DNA of 61,786 nucleotides, from NCBI GenBank assembly GCA_049700315.1, contig JBNAVN010000008.1, positions 1-61,786 of the forward strand. The letters run 5' to 3'. The notes below the pieces were generated by a model. It was given only the letters and a program-made list of their open reading frames with translations, ran no database searches and was not told the origin of the DNA. This stretch comes from a bacterium (GTDB lineage Bacteria; Hydrothermota; Tepidihabitantia; SM23-42; JAOAFX01). Shown here one piece after another: positions 27,309 to 38,113 of this stretch; position 1 is the first letter of the stretch; each line of letters opens with the position of its first letter. A program made the position numbers and the translations under genes.

Positions 27309-28372
27309 TCTACTATCTCCACAAAACTCTGGTCACCAAGATAAAAACGATGACTGCGAGGTGAGACCTCGGTTTGAGTGATTATCACATTCTTGCCGAT
27401 TATTGAACGATCAATTCGTTTGTTGACATTTTTTATCTTTGCACCTTCCATAATTACACTGCATTCTACTTCAGAATTCTGGATAATCGCATTATCACCG
27501 ATTGAGGTAAACGGTCCGATAAAGGCATTTATGATATGGACATTGTTTCCAATCACAACCGGACCGCGAATGATACTCTTCTCAATATTTGCTCCGGAGC
27601 CGATTCTGACCCTGCCATTTAAATTTGCATCAATCAAGGTACCCTGATTCAGTGGTTCAATGTTCTCAAGAATTAGCAGATTCGCTTCAATTATGTCTTC
27701 AGGTTTCCCTGTATCTTTCCACCACCCCTTAACTTTATCTGAGACCACATTGAAATTGTTATCAAGAAGCCACTGGATTGCATCGGTTATTTCAAGTTCG
27801 TTGCGCCAGGATGGTTTGATGTTATCTATCGCAGTAAAAATATTTCTATTGAAAAGATATATTCCCACCAGGGCAAAGTTTGATGGTGGCTCTTTGGGTT
27901 TTTCAATCAATTTTTTAACCGTGCCTTTTTCATCAACAACAGCAACCCCGAATTCCTGCGGATTATTGACTTCAGTCAAAAGTATAAGGGCATCGGATTT
28001 GATTTGTTGAAATTTCTTGACAAAATCGCCAACCCCTTCCTTCAAAAGGTTATCTCCAAGATACATTACGAACGGTTCATCTTTAAGAAAATCTGTTGAA
28101 ATTTTTATGGCATGGGCAAGTCCTAACGGTGCTGATTGAAAAATATATTCAATTCTTACACCCCATTTTTCTCCATTACCTACAGTCTGTCTCACCTCTT
28201 CAGCAGTATCACCAACAACGATTCCAATTTCTTTAATTCCGGCATTGGTTAGTGATTCAATACCATAGAAAATAATAGGTTTATTGGCGATTGGAATAAG
28301 CTGTTTGGCACTTGTATATGTCAAAGGTCTAAGCCTTGTGCCAAAACCACCAGCAAGTATCAATCCTTTCAT
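27305..28372 (-). CDS. rfbA: glucose-1-phosphate thymidylyltransferase (long form)
   Basis: ILAGGFGTRLRPLT, KQLIP, MYLGDN, EKP, ELEITDA, WKDTG and a C-terminal beta-helix. Confidence 0.93.
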   Translation of the reverse strand: MKGLILAGGFGTRLRPLTYTSAKQLIPIANKPIIFYGIESLTNAGIKEIGIVVGDTAEEVRQTVGNGEKWGVRIEYIFQSAPLGLAHAIKISTDFLKDEPFVMYLGDNLLKEGVGDFVKKFQQIKSDALILLTEVNNPQEFGVAVVDEKGTVKKLIEKPKEPPSNFALVGIYLFNRNIFTAIDNIKPSWRNELEITDAIQWLLDNNFNVVSDKVKGWWKDTGKPEDIIEANLLILENIEPLNQGTLIDANLNGRVRIGSGANIEKSIIRGPVVIGNNVHIINAFIGPFTSIGDNAIIQNSEVECSVIMEGAKIKNVNKRIDRSIIGKNVIITQTEVSPRSHRFYLGDQSFVEIVE

Positions 28373-28428
28373 TTTTATTTTTGATTATATTGATTATCGG
28401 AAAAAAGTCAAGGTTTCAATATGATTGT

Positions 28429-29280
28429 TCAGGATTTTGTATTGAGGGTCTTAATAAAATCTGTAAGGGCGTTTTGCCAGGGGCGCATTTTTCTATCATA
28501 GAGAAACTCATAATTTTTTGAACCAAGTGGTGCAAATATAGGCCTTGGTGCAGGTAGGTTGAGTTCGTCGGTTTTGACCGGAATCAATTCTGTAGTAAAC
28601 CTCATCAATTCTTTTGCCTTCAATAGAAAATCAAGCCAGGTTCCAGCTCCGGAATTGACAAGGTGATAAATGCCGTAATTCTCGGATTTGATGATTGCAA
28701 GTATCGCCTCAGCAAGGTCTAAGACATAGGTAAAAGAACCGATCTGGTCACAAATTACACTTACTGAATGGGGTTTTTCCTTCTGCTGCAGGAATTTTGA
28801 AGCAAAGGTTTTGGCATTTTCCCCAAAGAGCCAGGATGTGCGCACAACATAAAACCGATTGTGGATCTCTCTGATATATTTTTCTCCTAAATATTTAGTC
28901 TTGCCATATTCGCTTATGGGATTGGGTTGGTCATATTCAAAATATGGTTTTTCTGTGTTGCCATCAAACACAAAATTTGTGCTTGTAAAAAGCAATTTTG
29001 CATTTACTTTACGGGCAATTGTTGCAATGCCCAGGGTGGAGAGTGTATTTATTCTGAATGCAAGTTCAGGTTCTCTTTCGCAGGCATCAACATCACTAAT
29101 TGCAGCAAAATGGAGTATGACATCTGGTTTGTAATTCAATACTGTTTCATTGAGTCTCTTAAAATCCGAGATGTCAAGTTGCTGGATATCAACGCCGAGA
29201 AAATTGACATTTTCCTGCCTTAAAAGGTTTTGCATTGCGATTCCTAAACATCCCTGAGAACCCGTGATAAAGATCTTCAT
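28429..29280 (-). CDS. rfbD: dTDP-4-dehydrorhamnose reductase
   Basis: TGSQGCLG, VDACE, STNFVFDG, YGKTK, RTSWLFG, PAPRP. Confidence 0.92.
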   Translation of the reverse strand: MKIFITGSQGCLGIAMQNLLRQENVNFLGVDIQQLDISDFKRLNETVLNYKPDVILHFAAISDVDACEREPELAFRINTLSTLGIATIARKVNAKLLFTSTNFVFDGNTEKPYFEYDQPNPISEYGKTKYLGEKYIREIHNRFYVVRTSWLFGENAKTFASKFLQQKEKPHSVSVICDQIGSFTYVLDLAEAILAIIKSENYGIYHLVNSGAGTWLDFLLKAKELMRFTTELIPVKTDELNLPAPRPIFAPLGSKNYEFLYDRKMRPWQNALTDFIKTLNTKS

Positions 29281-29409
29281 TGCAATATATCATTATATTG
29301 CATTTATCTCCGAAGTCAAGACAGTCAAGAAAACATTGTCGTACTTAATTTACCATTGACAAATATAGAAAAATAGATATTATTATAGAATTACCATATA
29401 GGAGGTCCA

Positions 29410-30135
29410 ATGAAAAAACTATGCTGGCTATTAATTTTTTCTTTGTTTGTTGCTTGTGAATCTGGCTTTGAGATAAACCTTGAATGCTGGGTCAAACATA
29501 CGAGTGAAGTAATTGGTGTTGAGACCAGCATTCTTGGTGAAAAATCTCAGGTCTTTGTAAATCTAACTTGGGGTTGGGTTTATCAAAGGCCTGCGATTGA
29601 CGCCGTAATTGTTGATCGTAGTATTGGGGATTCCATACACTATGTTACGATTGATACGATTTTTGAAATGGATACTGTAATGTTTTTCAATGATACAGAT
29701 TCTTTGCTAATGCCCAACACAATAGTCTATTATAGATTGAATTCCCTGAATGGCAAGGCAGTTGAAAGCTTCAAAGAGGTAAGAGTTGAAATACCAACTA
29801 CCCAGCACTTTTATAAACCTGATTCGGAGTTTATTTTTATAGTGAATGACACACTTCTTGTCAGTTTTGCCCGATTGCCTGGTTTTGACACAACCGACAT
29901 CGCCATTTACAAAGGGGCGCCGAAATCTGTTGATAGTTTGCTTAATTATTTGACCAACCCAATATTTGATACGACAATTGCAGATACTTTTTTGAATATC
30001 AGTAATGCAGATTCCTTGTTCCCTGCTGACACTGTTCCTTACACAATAAGAATTAGTTCTTCAAAGATCTCGGTGCTTGATTTTATAACAGATACCTCAA
30101 TTGGTTTCCGCGCCTTTATCAGACAGCAAAAGTAA
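29410..30135 (+). CDS. hypothetical lipoprotein
   Basis: GGAGG RBS, MKKLCWLLIFSLFVAC lipobox, upstream TTGACA-16-TATTAT promoter (29356-29383). No family recognised. Confidence 0.75.
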   Translation: MKKLCWLLIFSLFVACESGFEINLECWVKHTSEVIGVETSILGEKSQVFVNLTWGWVYQRPAIDAVIVDRSIGDSIHYVTIDTIFEMDTVMFFNDTDSLLMPNTIVYYRLNSLNGKAVESFKEVRVEIPTTQHFYKPDSEFIFIVNDTLLVSFARLPGFDTTDIAIYKGAPKSVDSLLNYLTNPIFDTTIADTFLNISNADSLFPADTVPYTIRISSSKISVLDFITDTSIGFRAFIRQQK

Positions 30136-30139
30136 TCCT

Positions 30140-31204
30140 ATGGCAAGTGTTGAACTTGATATTCTCTTAGAAGAACTTGTTCTCAAAGAGGGTTCAGATT
30201 TGCACCTGAGGGTTGGCGAGCCTCCGGTTTTTCGGGTTGCAGGTGAACTGGAACGTGCAGAATATCCGCCTCTTTCAAAAGAAGACATGGAAGGTTTGAT
30301 CTATGGATTGATGAAACCTGCGCAACGTCAGATATTTGATACAAATCTTGAATTTGATATGGCATACGAAATTTCTGGCGTGGCACGGTTCAGGGTAAAT
30401 TGCTTCAAACAGATGGGCAATATCGGCGTGGTGTTGAGGATAATTCCGCTGAAGATAAAGACAATTGATGAATGGGGATTTCCAAGCGCGCTTAAAAAGA
30501 TTGCTGAACTACCCAGGGGGCTTGTACTTGTGACCGGTCCAACAGGCAGCGGTAAATCTACAACGCTTGCTGCTATGATTGAACATATAAACCAAAATTC
30601 CCGTAAGCATGTCATCACTATTGAAGATCCAATTGAATTTCTGCACCGGGATAGGCTTTCCATTATTGAACAAAGAGAAATTGGTATTGATACAAAATCT
30701 TATGCTGAGGCATTGAGAAGGGCAATAAGACAGAATCCTGATATCATCCTGGTCGGTGAGATGAGGGATCTTGAAACAATGGCGCAGACAATTACTGCTG
30801 CTGAAACCGGGCATTTGGTTTTTTCAACTCTCCACACAATTGATGCAGTTCAGACCATTGACCGTATTATTGATGTTTTCCCTCCAGCCCAGCAACAGCA
30901 GATTAGACTGCAATTGTCCACAACATTGCAGGCGGTTATCACCGAAACACTGGTGAGAAAAAAGGAAGGTGGTGGTCGGGTTGCAGCATTTGAAATAATG
31001 GTCTGTACTCCTGCAATTAGAAGCGCAATCCGTGAAGGGAAAACACCACAAATCTATTCTTCAATTCAGACAGGTTCCCGACTTGGTATGATACAGATGG
31101 ATCAATACTTGAGAAATCTCTTGAATCAGGGAGTTATTGATTATGAGGAAGCCCTTGCCCACAGCACAAACCCTGATGAATTTGAGAGGCGGGTGTCAGC
31201 ATGA
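30140..31204 (+). CDS. pilT: type IV pilus retraction ATPase PilT
   Basis: GSDLHL, GPTGSGKSTT, TIEDPIE, QNPDIILVGEMRD, AETGHLVFSTLHT, AIRSAIRE. Start MASV at 30140. Confidence 0.93.
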   Translation: MASVELDILLEELVLKEGSDLHLRVGEPPVFRVAGELERAEYPPLSKEDMEGLIYGLMKPAQRQIFDTNLEFDMAYEISGVARFRVNCFKQMGNIGVVLRIIPLKIKTIDEWGFPSALKKIAELPRGLVLVTGPTGSGKSTTLAAMIEHINQNSRKHVITIEDPIEFLHRDRLSIIEQREIGIDTKSYAEALRRAIRQNPDIILVGEMRDLETMAQTITAAETGHLVFSTLHTIDAVQTIDRIIDVFPPAQQQQIRLQLSTTLQAVITETLVRKKEGGGRVAAFEIMVCTPAIRSAIREGKTPQIYSSIQTGSRLGMIQMDQYLRNLLNQGVIDYEEALAHSTNPDEFERRVSA

Positions 31205-32274
31205 CAAAACTCAATGACCTTTTGCATACCCAGGTTCAAAGCCGGGCTTCGGATTTAATCTTGAAGGTGGGTTCGCCACCGATATTAAGAATCAATGGAG
31301 ATTTAACAACCCTTGAAATTCCGCCCCTTACAACTATTGATATTGAATCCGGGCTTGTTGAAATGCTCAAAAAAGAACAGGTTGAAGAATATAAGAAGAA
31401 CAGCGAACTTGATATTTCATACGAAATACCGGGTGTTGCGCGTTTTCGTGCAAATCTTTTCAAACAACGAGGTAATATTGGAGCGGTATTCAGACTGATT
31501 CCCGAAAAAATACCAACCATTGAGGAGCTTGGGTTTCCCTCAATTTTGAAAGACATGGCAATGAGGCCGAGGGGTTTGATTGTGGTAACTGGACCTTCAG
31601 GTTGTGGAAAATCAACCACTCAGGCAGCACTAATTAATTATAGAAATGAAAATGATAATTGCCATATTGTTACGGTCGAGGACCCCATAGAATTTATCCA
31701 TAAGAACAAAAAGGCATTAGTGACTCAGCGTGAAGTTGGACATGATACCCATTCATTTGCCAATGCTCTAAAATTTGTGCTCAGGCAGGACCCGGATGTA
31801 ATCCTTGTTGGCGAAATGAGAGATCTGGAAACGATCTCCCTTGCAATAACTGCGGCGGAAACCGGTCATCTTGTTATTACTACATTACATACTGCTGATT
31901 CTATCTCCACAATAGACCGTATCATTGATGTTTTCCCACCCCATCAGCAGAACCAGATCAGAATGCAATTATCGCTTAATCTGCTGTGTATCTTCGCACA
32001 GAATTTGATAAAAAAGACTGATGGCAAGGGTCGGATTGCCGCCTATGAATTGCTGATTGCTACCGGCGGTGTAAGGAATTTGATTCGGGAGGCAAAGACA
32101 CATCAGTTATTGTCAATTCTTCAGACTTCGCAACAGCAGGGGATGATTACTTTTGATGCGTGCTTGGCAAACTATGTAAAGAAAAATTATATTTCCATCA
32201 AGGATGCTGAAACAAAGGCACTAAATCCTGATACATTTCACAAGGAGATTGAACTTTTAACACAGGGTAAATAG
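31201..32274 (+). CDS. pilT: second PilT/PilU-family ATPase
   Basis: GPSGCGKSTT, TVEDPIE, QDPDVILVGEMRD, GVRNLIRE. ATGA overlap with the first pilT. Confidence 0.88.
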   Translation: MTKLNDLLHTQVQSRASDLILKVGSPPILRINGDLTTLEIPPLTTIDIESGLVEMLKKEQVEEYKKNSELDISYEIPGVARFRANLFKQRGNIGAVFRLIPEKIPTIEELGFPSILKDMAMRPRGLIVVTGPSGCGKSTTQAALINYRNENDNCHIVTVEDPIEFIHKNKKALVTQREVGHDTHSFANALKFVLRQDPDVILVGEMRDLETISLAITAAETGHLVITTLHTADSISTIDRIIDVFPPHQQNQIRMQLSLNLLCIFAQNLIKKTDGKGRIAAYELLIATGGVRNLIREAKTHQLLSILQTSQQQGMITFDACLANYVKKNYISIKDAETKALNPDTFHKEIELLTQGK

Positions 32275-34355
32275 TGCTTAAAAAACAATTTCTGAAACTG
32301 GATAGTCCAATCCAGTATATCAAGGGCATTGGACCCAAACGAGCATTATATTTTAAGAGACTAAACATTGAAAATGTAAAAGATTTACTTTTTTTGGTCC
32401 CAAATAGATATCTTGATTATTCAACAGTCTTGAAAATCAAAGACCTAAAGATAAATGATGAAGCCACTGTTATTGGAAGGGTTCATCTAATTGAAATTAA
32501 ACGGGCACGGAGAAGGGGTGAGATGGTAAATGTTCTGCTCCGAGATGAAACTGGTAGCATTGTACTTAGATGGTTCAATCGTCCTGATCTGAAGACAAAA
32601 TTCAAAATCGGTAACCTGATGATTGTCTCCGGTAAAGTTACATTCTTTTATGGTAAACAATTCATCAATCCTCTTTATGAAATAATCGGAGAAGAAGAAT
32701 CTAAAGAAGAAAAGATGGGTGGAACAATTATTCCTATCTATCCATTGACTGAAGGACTGAGTATATGGGATATTAGGCGGGCAGTAAATATCGCCATTGA
32801 TTTGTGTCTGGATGAAATTGTTGAAATAGTTCCAGAATATTTGATCAAGAAAAATAATCTGCCTTCTATCAAGAAGGCGATTCGGGATTTGCATTTTCCA
32901 CAATCACTTGATGATTCAACTAAGGCTCGTCAGCGGCTTGTTTATGATGAATTTTTCTTCTTTGAACTTGCCCTTGCGCGAAGGAAAATGATGATAAAAG
33001 AACAAGAAGGTATCGCCTTACAGAGAATAGGAGTATTGACCGAACGGTTTCTCAGAATGCTACATTTTGATCTCACCGAAGGTCAAAGAAGGATTATTGA
33101 TGAGATCACGCGCGATATGGCAAAGTCCAGACCTATGAACCGACTGCTTCAGGGTGATGTTGGTTCAGGTAAGACTGTGGTTGCCCTTTACACCTTACTC
33201 GTTGCTGTAGAAAATGGCTATCAGGGAGCGATGATGGCGCCCACTGAAATACTTGCAGAACAGCACTATCTAAATCATCATGAAATTTTAACAAACCTTG
33301 ATGTAAAATCCGTGCTCTTGACAAGTAGTATTAAAGGTGCAGCCCGTGAAGAAATCACAAATCAGATCAAAAGTGGTGAGGCAAAGATTGTCTTTGGCAC
33401 CCATGCCTTAATAGAAGAAGAAGTTGATTTCAAAAACTTAGGATTAGCAATAATTGATGAACAGCATAGATTTGGCGTCATGCAGCGTGCTGCACTTGTC
33501 AACAAAAGCATCAATCCACATTTCCTCGTGCTTTCAGCTACGCCCATTCCCAGAACGCTGGCACTCACATTGTATGGTGACCTTGATATTTCTACTCTAA
33601 CTGAAAAACCTGCAGGCCGAGGTCAGATTATTACAAAGGTTGTAATGGAAAATGAAAAAGCTGGGGTCTATAGATTGATCAACGATGAACTGGAAAGAGG
33701 ACGGCAGGCATTTGTCGTGTGTCCGATTATTGAAAAATCAGAGAAATTAGAATTGAAATCAGCAATTGAGGCATACAATGAAATTTGCAAGATATTTTCA
33801 GATTTTTCGGTGGGTTTGATCCATGGAAGACTGAGCACCCAGGAACGGATAAAAGTAATGTCGGATTTTCGTAATGGATCAATCAAAATACTTGTTGCCA
33901 CAACTGTGATTGAAGTAGGTGTTGATATTCCTAATGCTACAATTATGCTTATACTACATCCTGAACGTTTCGGTCTTGCGCAGTTGCACCAGTTAAGAGG
34001 AAGAATTGGTCGGGGTGCAGAAAGATCATATTGTTTTTTGCTGTTGAGCAAATTTGTAGTCCAAGATACTTATGAACGCATAAGTTTTTTTGCGAAAAAC
34101 AATGATGGTTTTGCCCTTGCAAAAAAGGATATGCAGTTGAGGGGTCCAGGAGAAATATTGGGCAAAAGACAGCACGGCTTACCTGATATAAGGATAGGTG
34201 ATTTGGAATCGGATCAGGAACTTTTGTTCCGGGCGCGGGATGATGCTTTTGCCATTGTAAAAGATGACCCGGATATGAAATTGCCGGAACACCATCCAAT
34301 AAAAAAATACCTTGATAAATTTAGAAGAAAAGAAGAACTTTTGAGAATAGGATAG
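32274..34355 (+). CDS. recG: ATP-dependent DNA helicase RecG
   Basis: Wedge domain, MNRLLQGDVGSGKT, IIDEQHRFG, SATPIPRTL, QLHQLRGRIGRG, RGPGE. Confidence 0.97.
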   Translation: MLKKQFLKLDSPIQYIKGIGPKRALYFKRLNIENVKDLLFLVPNRYLDYSTVLKIKDLKINDEATVIGRVHLIEIKRARRRGEMVNVLLRDETGSIVLRWFNRPDLKTKFKIGNLMIVSGKVTFFYGKQFINPLYEIIGEEESKEEKMGGTIIPIYPLTEGLSIWDIRRAVNIAIDLCLDEIVEIVPEYLIKKNNLPSIKKAIRDLHFPQSLDDSTKARQRLVYDEFFFFELALARRKMMIKEQEGIALQRIGVLTERFLRMLHFDLTEGQRRIIDEITRDMAKSRPMNRLLQGDVGSGKTVVALYTLLVAVENGYQGAMMAPTEILAEQHYLNHHEILTNLDVKSVLLTSSIKGAAREEITNQIKSGEAKIVFGTHALIEEEVDFKNLGLAIIDEQHRFGVMQRAALVNKSINPHFLVLSATPIPRTLALTLYGDLDISTLTEKPAGRGQIITKVVMENEKAGVYRLINDELERGRQAFVVCPIIEKSEKLELKSAIEAYNEICKIFSDFSVGLIHGRLSTQERIKVMSDFRNGSIKILVATTVIEVGVDIPNATIMLILHPERFGLAQLHQLRGRIGRGAERSYCFLLLSKFVVQDTYERISFFAKNNDGFALAKKDMQLRGPGEILGKRQHGLPDIRIGDLESDQELLFRARDDAFAIVKDDPDMKLPEHHPIKKYLDKFRRKEELLRIG

Positions 34356-34360
34356 CAGTA

Positions 34361-34388
34361 TTGACAATCAAGGAAATTCAATTATAAT
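34361..34388 (+). promoter_or_regulatory. promoter of nrdJ, probably leaderless
   Basis: TTGACA-16 bp-TATAAT, 5 nt before ATG 34394, no RBS. Confidence 0.75.
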
Positions 34389-34393
34389 ATTTT

Positions 34394-36436
34394 ATGATTA
34401 AGTCTGTAATCAAGCGCGACGGTGCAGTCGTTGATTTTCAACCAGAAAAGATCTATCTGGCAATTGAAAAGGCAATGAAGGCAACAAATGAAGATATTTC
34501 TTTAACAAAAAAGATAGGTGATGAGGTAATTGCTGAGTTAGAAAGAAAATTTGGCAGTCTGAAGCCAAATGTTGAAGATATCCAGGATATTGTTGAGCAA
34601 ATCTTGATAAAAAATGGAAAATTCAACACGGCGCGTGCATATATTATCTATCGTCAATTAAGAACTGATCTACGAAATAAGAAAATAATGCTGGGTATTA
34701 AGGACCAGTTGAAACTTTCATTAAACAGTCTAAGGGTTTTGACAGAGCGGTATTTACTACATGACAGTAAAGGAAGGCCAATAGAAACACCAAGTGATAT
34801 GTTTAGCAGGATTGCCCGTGCAATAGCCCAAGTGGATGCAAATTATAAAGGAGATCCAGCAAAGGCTGAGCAAGATTTTTATCAAATGATGGCAAATATG
34901 GAATTCCTGCCAAATTCACCAACTCTAATGAATGCAGGTAATGAGCTTGGGCAACTCTCTGCCTGTTTTGTCCTGCCTGTAGAAGATTCTCTGATTAGTA
35001 TTTTTGATACTTTAAAATATACTGCATTAATCCATCAGTCTGGTGGCGGAACAGGTTTCTCATTTTCCCGGATCAGGCCGAAAGGTGATATGGTGAAAAC
35101 AACAATGGGCATAGCATCGGGACCTGTTTCTTTTATGAAAATTTATGACTGTGCAACTGAGGTAATAAAACAAGGTGGTAAGCGTCGTGGTGCGAATATG
35201 GGGATTTTAAGTGTAACCCACCCGGATATTGTTGATTTTGTCAGGGCAAAAGAAAAAGAAGGCGAATTCGCCAATTTCAATATTTCAGTAGCAGTCAGTG
35301 ATGATTTTATCAATCGGGCAATTAATAATCAGGGCTATGATCTGATAAATCCACGCGATAACAGACCTGTGAAAAATCTCAATGCCCGTGATATTTTTGA
35401 TATGATAATTTTAAATGCCTGGAAAAGTGGTGATCCAGGTATGATATTTATTGACGAAATAAATAGAAGAAATCCTACACCAGAACTGGGCAGGATTGAA
35501 AGCACAAATCCCTGCGGTGAAGTACCTTTGCTACCCTATGAATCCTGTAATCTCGGGTCAATCAATCTTGCCAGAATGTTTGTTGAAAACAAATTCAGTT
35601 ATGAGAAACTGAGAATGACGATTGAAACTGCGGTTCATTTCCTGGACAATGTTATTGATGCCAATAGATATCCCCTGCCTGAAATTGAGAAGATAACCAG
35701 GGGCAATAGAAAAATTGGTCTTGGGATTATGGGGTTTGCTGATTCTCTTGTTAAGATGGGAATTCCTTATGATTCTGAATCTGCACTGAATTTTGCAAAT
35801 GAACTGGGAAATTTCTTGCAGATTGAGGCACGCAGGGCTTCCAGAATGCTTGCCGAGAAAAGAGGTTCCTTTCCCAATATTGAAAAGTCCATATTCCGAA
35901 ATTCCGAACCGATGAGGAATGCTACAGTTACCTCAATTGCGCCGACCGGATCAATAAGTATGATTGCTGATACATCTTCAGGCATAGAACCACTTTTTTC
36001 GGTCGGCTATTTGCGTAATGTGCTTGATACAACATTGGTTATGGTCAATCCAATATTTGAAGAGATTGCCCATACCCAGGGATTCTATTCACCTGATTTG
36101 ATTTCTGAAATTGTTCATGAAGGGTCTTTGAAAAAAATCAAAGGGATACCTGATGATGTGAAAAGATTATTTCCTATTGCTCATGAAATAATGCCTGAAA
36201 TACATATCAGAATGCAGGCGATATTTCAAAAATATGTTGATAATGCGGTGAGTAAAACGATCAATCTACCAGAAGATGCCACCCTGGAACAGACCCGTGC
36301 TGCTTTTCTCATGGCACATAAATTAAAATGTAAGGGAATTACTGTATATAGATATAATAGCAAGAAAAATCAGGTGCTTGAATTTGGTGATATGGAATAC
36401 CTGAAAAGATGTGGTAGTGGAATTTGTGAAATATGA
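34394..36436 (+). CDS. nrdJ: class II (adenosylcobalamin-dependent) ribonucleotide reductase with N-terminal ATP cone
   Basis: VIKRDG ATP cone, [44 protein letters not shown]-terminal CxxxxC. Confidence 0.92.
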   Translation: MIKSVIKRDGAVVDFQPEKIYLAIEKAMKATNEDISLTKKIGDEVIAELERKFGSLKPNVEDIQDIVEQILIKNGKFNTARAYIIYRQLRTDLRNKKIMLGIKDQLKLSLNSLRVLTERYLLHDSKGRPIETPSDMFSRIARAIAQVDANYKGDPAKAEQDFYQMMANMEFLPNSPTLMNAGNELGQLSACFVLPVEDSLISIFDTLKYTALIHQSGGGTGFSFSRIRPKGDMVKTTMGIASGPVSFMKIYDCATEVIKQGGKRRGANMGILSVTHPDIVDFVRAKEKEGEFANFNISVAVSDDFINRAINNQGYDLINPRDNRPVKNLNARDIFDMIILNAWKSGDPGMIFIDEINRRNPTPELGRIESTNPCGEVPLLPYESCNLGSINLARMFVENKFSYEKLRMTIETAVHFLDNVIDANRYPLPEIEKITRGNRKIGLGIMGFADSLVKMGIPYDSESALNFANELGNFLQIEARRASRMLAEKRGSFPNIEKSIFRNSEPMRNATVTSIAPTGSISMIADTSSGIEPLFSVGYLRNVLDTTLVMVNPIFEEIAHTQGFYSPDLISEIVHEGSLKKIKGIPDDVKRLFPIAHEIMPEIHIRMQAIFQKYVDNAVSKTINLPEDATLEQTRAAFLMAHKLKCKGITVYRYNSKKNQVLEFGDMEYLKRCGSGICEI

Positions 36437-36510
36437 AAGGAAACAATTGAGACGGAGTAATGCAATTGGAATGAAAAAAGATAATTGTTGGCAAAAGGGG
36501 GCGTGTTAGA

Positions 36511-37428
36511 GTGGATTGGATAAAGGCAAAGAGATTATGTTCATTTACCGCAATTCCTTATGCTGGAAATCCAGCCTGGGTAATCATTGGCATGAAGTCC
36601 TATGTTGACGAAAAGACAATGATGAAACTTGCCCGTGAACTAAATCCCATTTCTGATACTACATTTGTTTTCTCTGGAGATGAAGAATCAGACATAAGCT
36701 TGCGATTTTTCAGTGGCTCAGAAGAAATAAAATTTTCTGGACATGGCGCGGTTGCTGCATACTATGCCATTGAGGAAGAGAATGTGATTCATTTAGAAGA
36801 ACCTACTACACTTTTGAAACAGAAAACAAAAACAGGTATTCAGGCCGTGGAGTTGCGTATCACCGATAAGAAAATTCATAGGGTTACCATTTCACTACCG
36901 CCACCCAGTATACTAAGTATGAATCTGGAGGCAAAGAGTATTGCAAGATTTTTAGGTATATCACCAGTTGATATTTCTGAGACAAATCTTCCGTTGAGCG
37001 TTGTGCAGTCAGGCCACCCAGAGGTAATTGTACCGGTTAGATCATTGCCTCAGTTGCTTGATATTAGACCAAATTTTGCCCTGATGAAAAGTTACTGCCA
37101 GCGTCTGAAGATCACTGGAATTGCCGTTTTTACTATGGAAACCAACGAGGAAGAAGCAAATGTGCATATGAGACATTTTGCACCGGCGGTTGGAATAAAT
37201 GAAGATCCTACTTCGGGTGGTGCAGCAGTTGCCCTGGGTTATTATCTCGTAAAAAATAAAATTATCCCTGCTGAGGAAACAACCCGTATTGTTGTAGAAC
37301 AAGGATATTCGCTCCAGATGCCCGGTTTGGTCTATGTGCATATTGATACATACAAAAATGATATCCTGCGGGTTGCATTTGGAGGTCAGGCAGTAATGAC
37401 ATTTGAGGGTCGTATCCGATTACCGTAG
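36511..37428 (+). CDS. PhzF family isomerase/epimerase
   Basis: FTAIPYAGNPA, LRFF...EIKFSGHG, RHFAPAVGINEDPTSG, VEQG, GGQA. Confidence 0.88.
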   Translation: MDWIKAKRLCSFTAIPYAGNPAWVIIGMKSYVDEKTMMKLARELNPISDTTFVFSGDEESDISLRFFSGSEEIKFSGHGAVAAYYAIEEENVIHLEEPTTLLKQKTKTGIQAVELRITDKKIHRVTISLPPPSILSMNLEAKSIARFLGISPVDISETNLPLSVVQSGHPEVIVPVRSLPQLLDIRPNFALMKSYCQRLKITGIAVFTMETNEEEANVHMRHFAPAVGINEDPTSGGAAVALGYYLVKNKIIPAEETTRIVVEQGYSLQMPGLVYVHIDTYKNDILRVAFGGQAVMTFEGRIRLP

Positions 37429-37522
37429 GTTGATGAAGTAAGTGAATTGATCGCATAAACAATCTATAACATTCTACGCTTGACTTTTCAGATATTTTAA
37501 CTAAAATATTATTCAAGGAGGT

Positions 37523-38113
37523 TTGATGAATATTACAAGAACAATTGATTGTTTTAATAATGGGAAGGCAATATATTTTAGATGGTTATTAGAGTTAAGT
37601 TGGGCAAAGAAAATTGGGCTTTCTCTTTTGTTTGCGTTGATTACTGGAATTTTTGCACAGATTCGCATTCCGCTTGGTTTTACGCCTGTACCAATAACAG
37701 GACAGGTATTTGTAGTATTGCTGAGTGGGGTGTTATTGGGAAGTATTTATGCGGGTCTCAGCATGGTCTTCTACTTTTGTTTTGGGGTGCTCGGAATTCC
37801 CTGGTTTTCTGGCTTGCGCGCGGGAATTACCATTGGTCCAACCCTTGGTTATCTATTTGGATTTATCCCGGCAGCGATATTCATTGGAATTTTCGCCCAT
37901 AAGAATCGTTATCTGCTTGGTCAGATTGTTATTATGGTTGTTGGTATATTGATAATTTATTTGTTTGGTGCCTTGAATTTTGCATTCGTGATGAAAGCGA
38001 ATTTTTCTGCAACAATGAAAATGGCAGTGTTACCTTTTGTCCCTTTTGATATTGCCAAGGCGATCATCGCAGGAATTGTATCAAGGGCAATACTACCAGA
38101 TGAAGGGCATTAG
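37523..38113 (+). CDS. bioY: biotin transporter BioY
   Basis: QIRIPLGFTPVPITGQ, GPTLGYLFGF, PFVPFDIAK. GGAGG RBS and TTGACT-16-TAAAAT promoter (37480-37507). Confidence 0.93.
   Translation: MMNITRTIDCFNNGKAIYFRWLLELSWAKKIGLSLLFALITGIFAQIRIPLGFTPVPITGQVFVVLLSGVLLGSIYAGLSMVFYFCFGVLGIPWFSGLRAGITIGPTLGYLFGFIPAAIFIGIFAHKNRYLLGQIVIMVVGILIIYLFGALNFAFVMKANFSATMKMAVLPFVPFDIAKAIIAGIVSRAILPDEGH

Noticed and set aside
34356-34393. Cobalamin riboswitch or NrdR box upstream of nrdJ
   Set aside because: The 38-nt gap is filled by the promoter and I see no matching motif.
36434-36460. Possible Sec read-through at the nrdJ TGA
   Set aside because: The protein already ends in the expected CxxxxC tail, no hairpin follows and an in-frame TAA comes 8 codons later.
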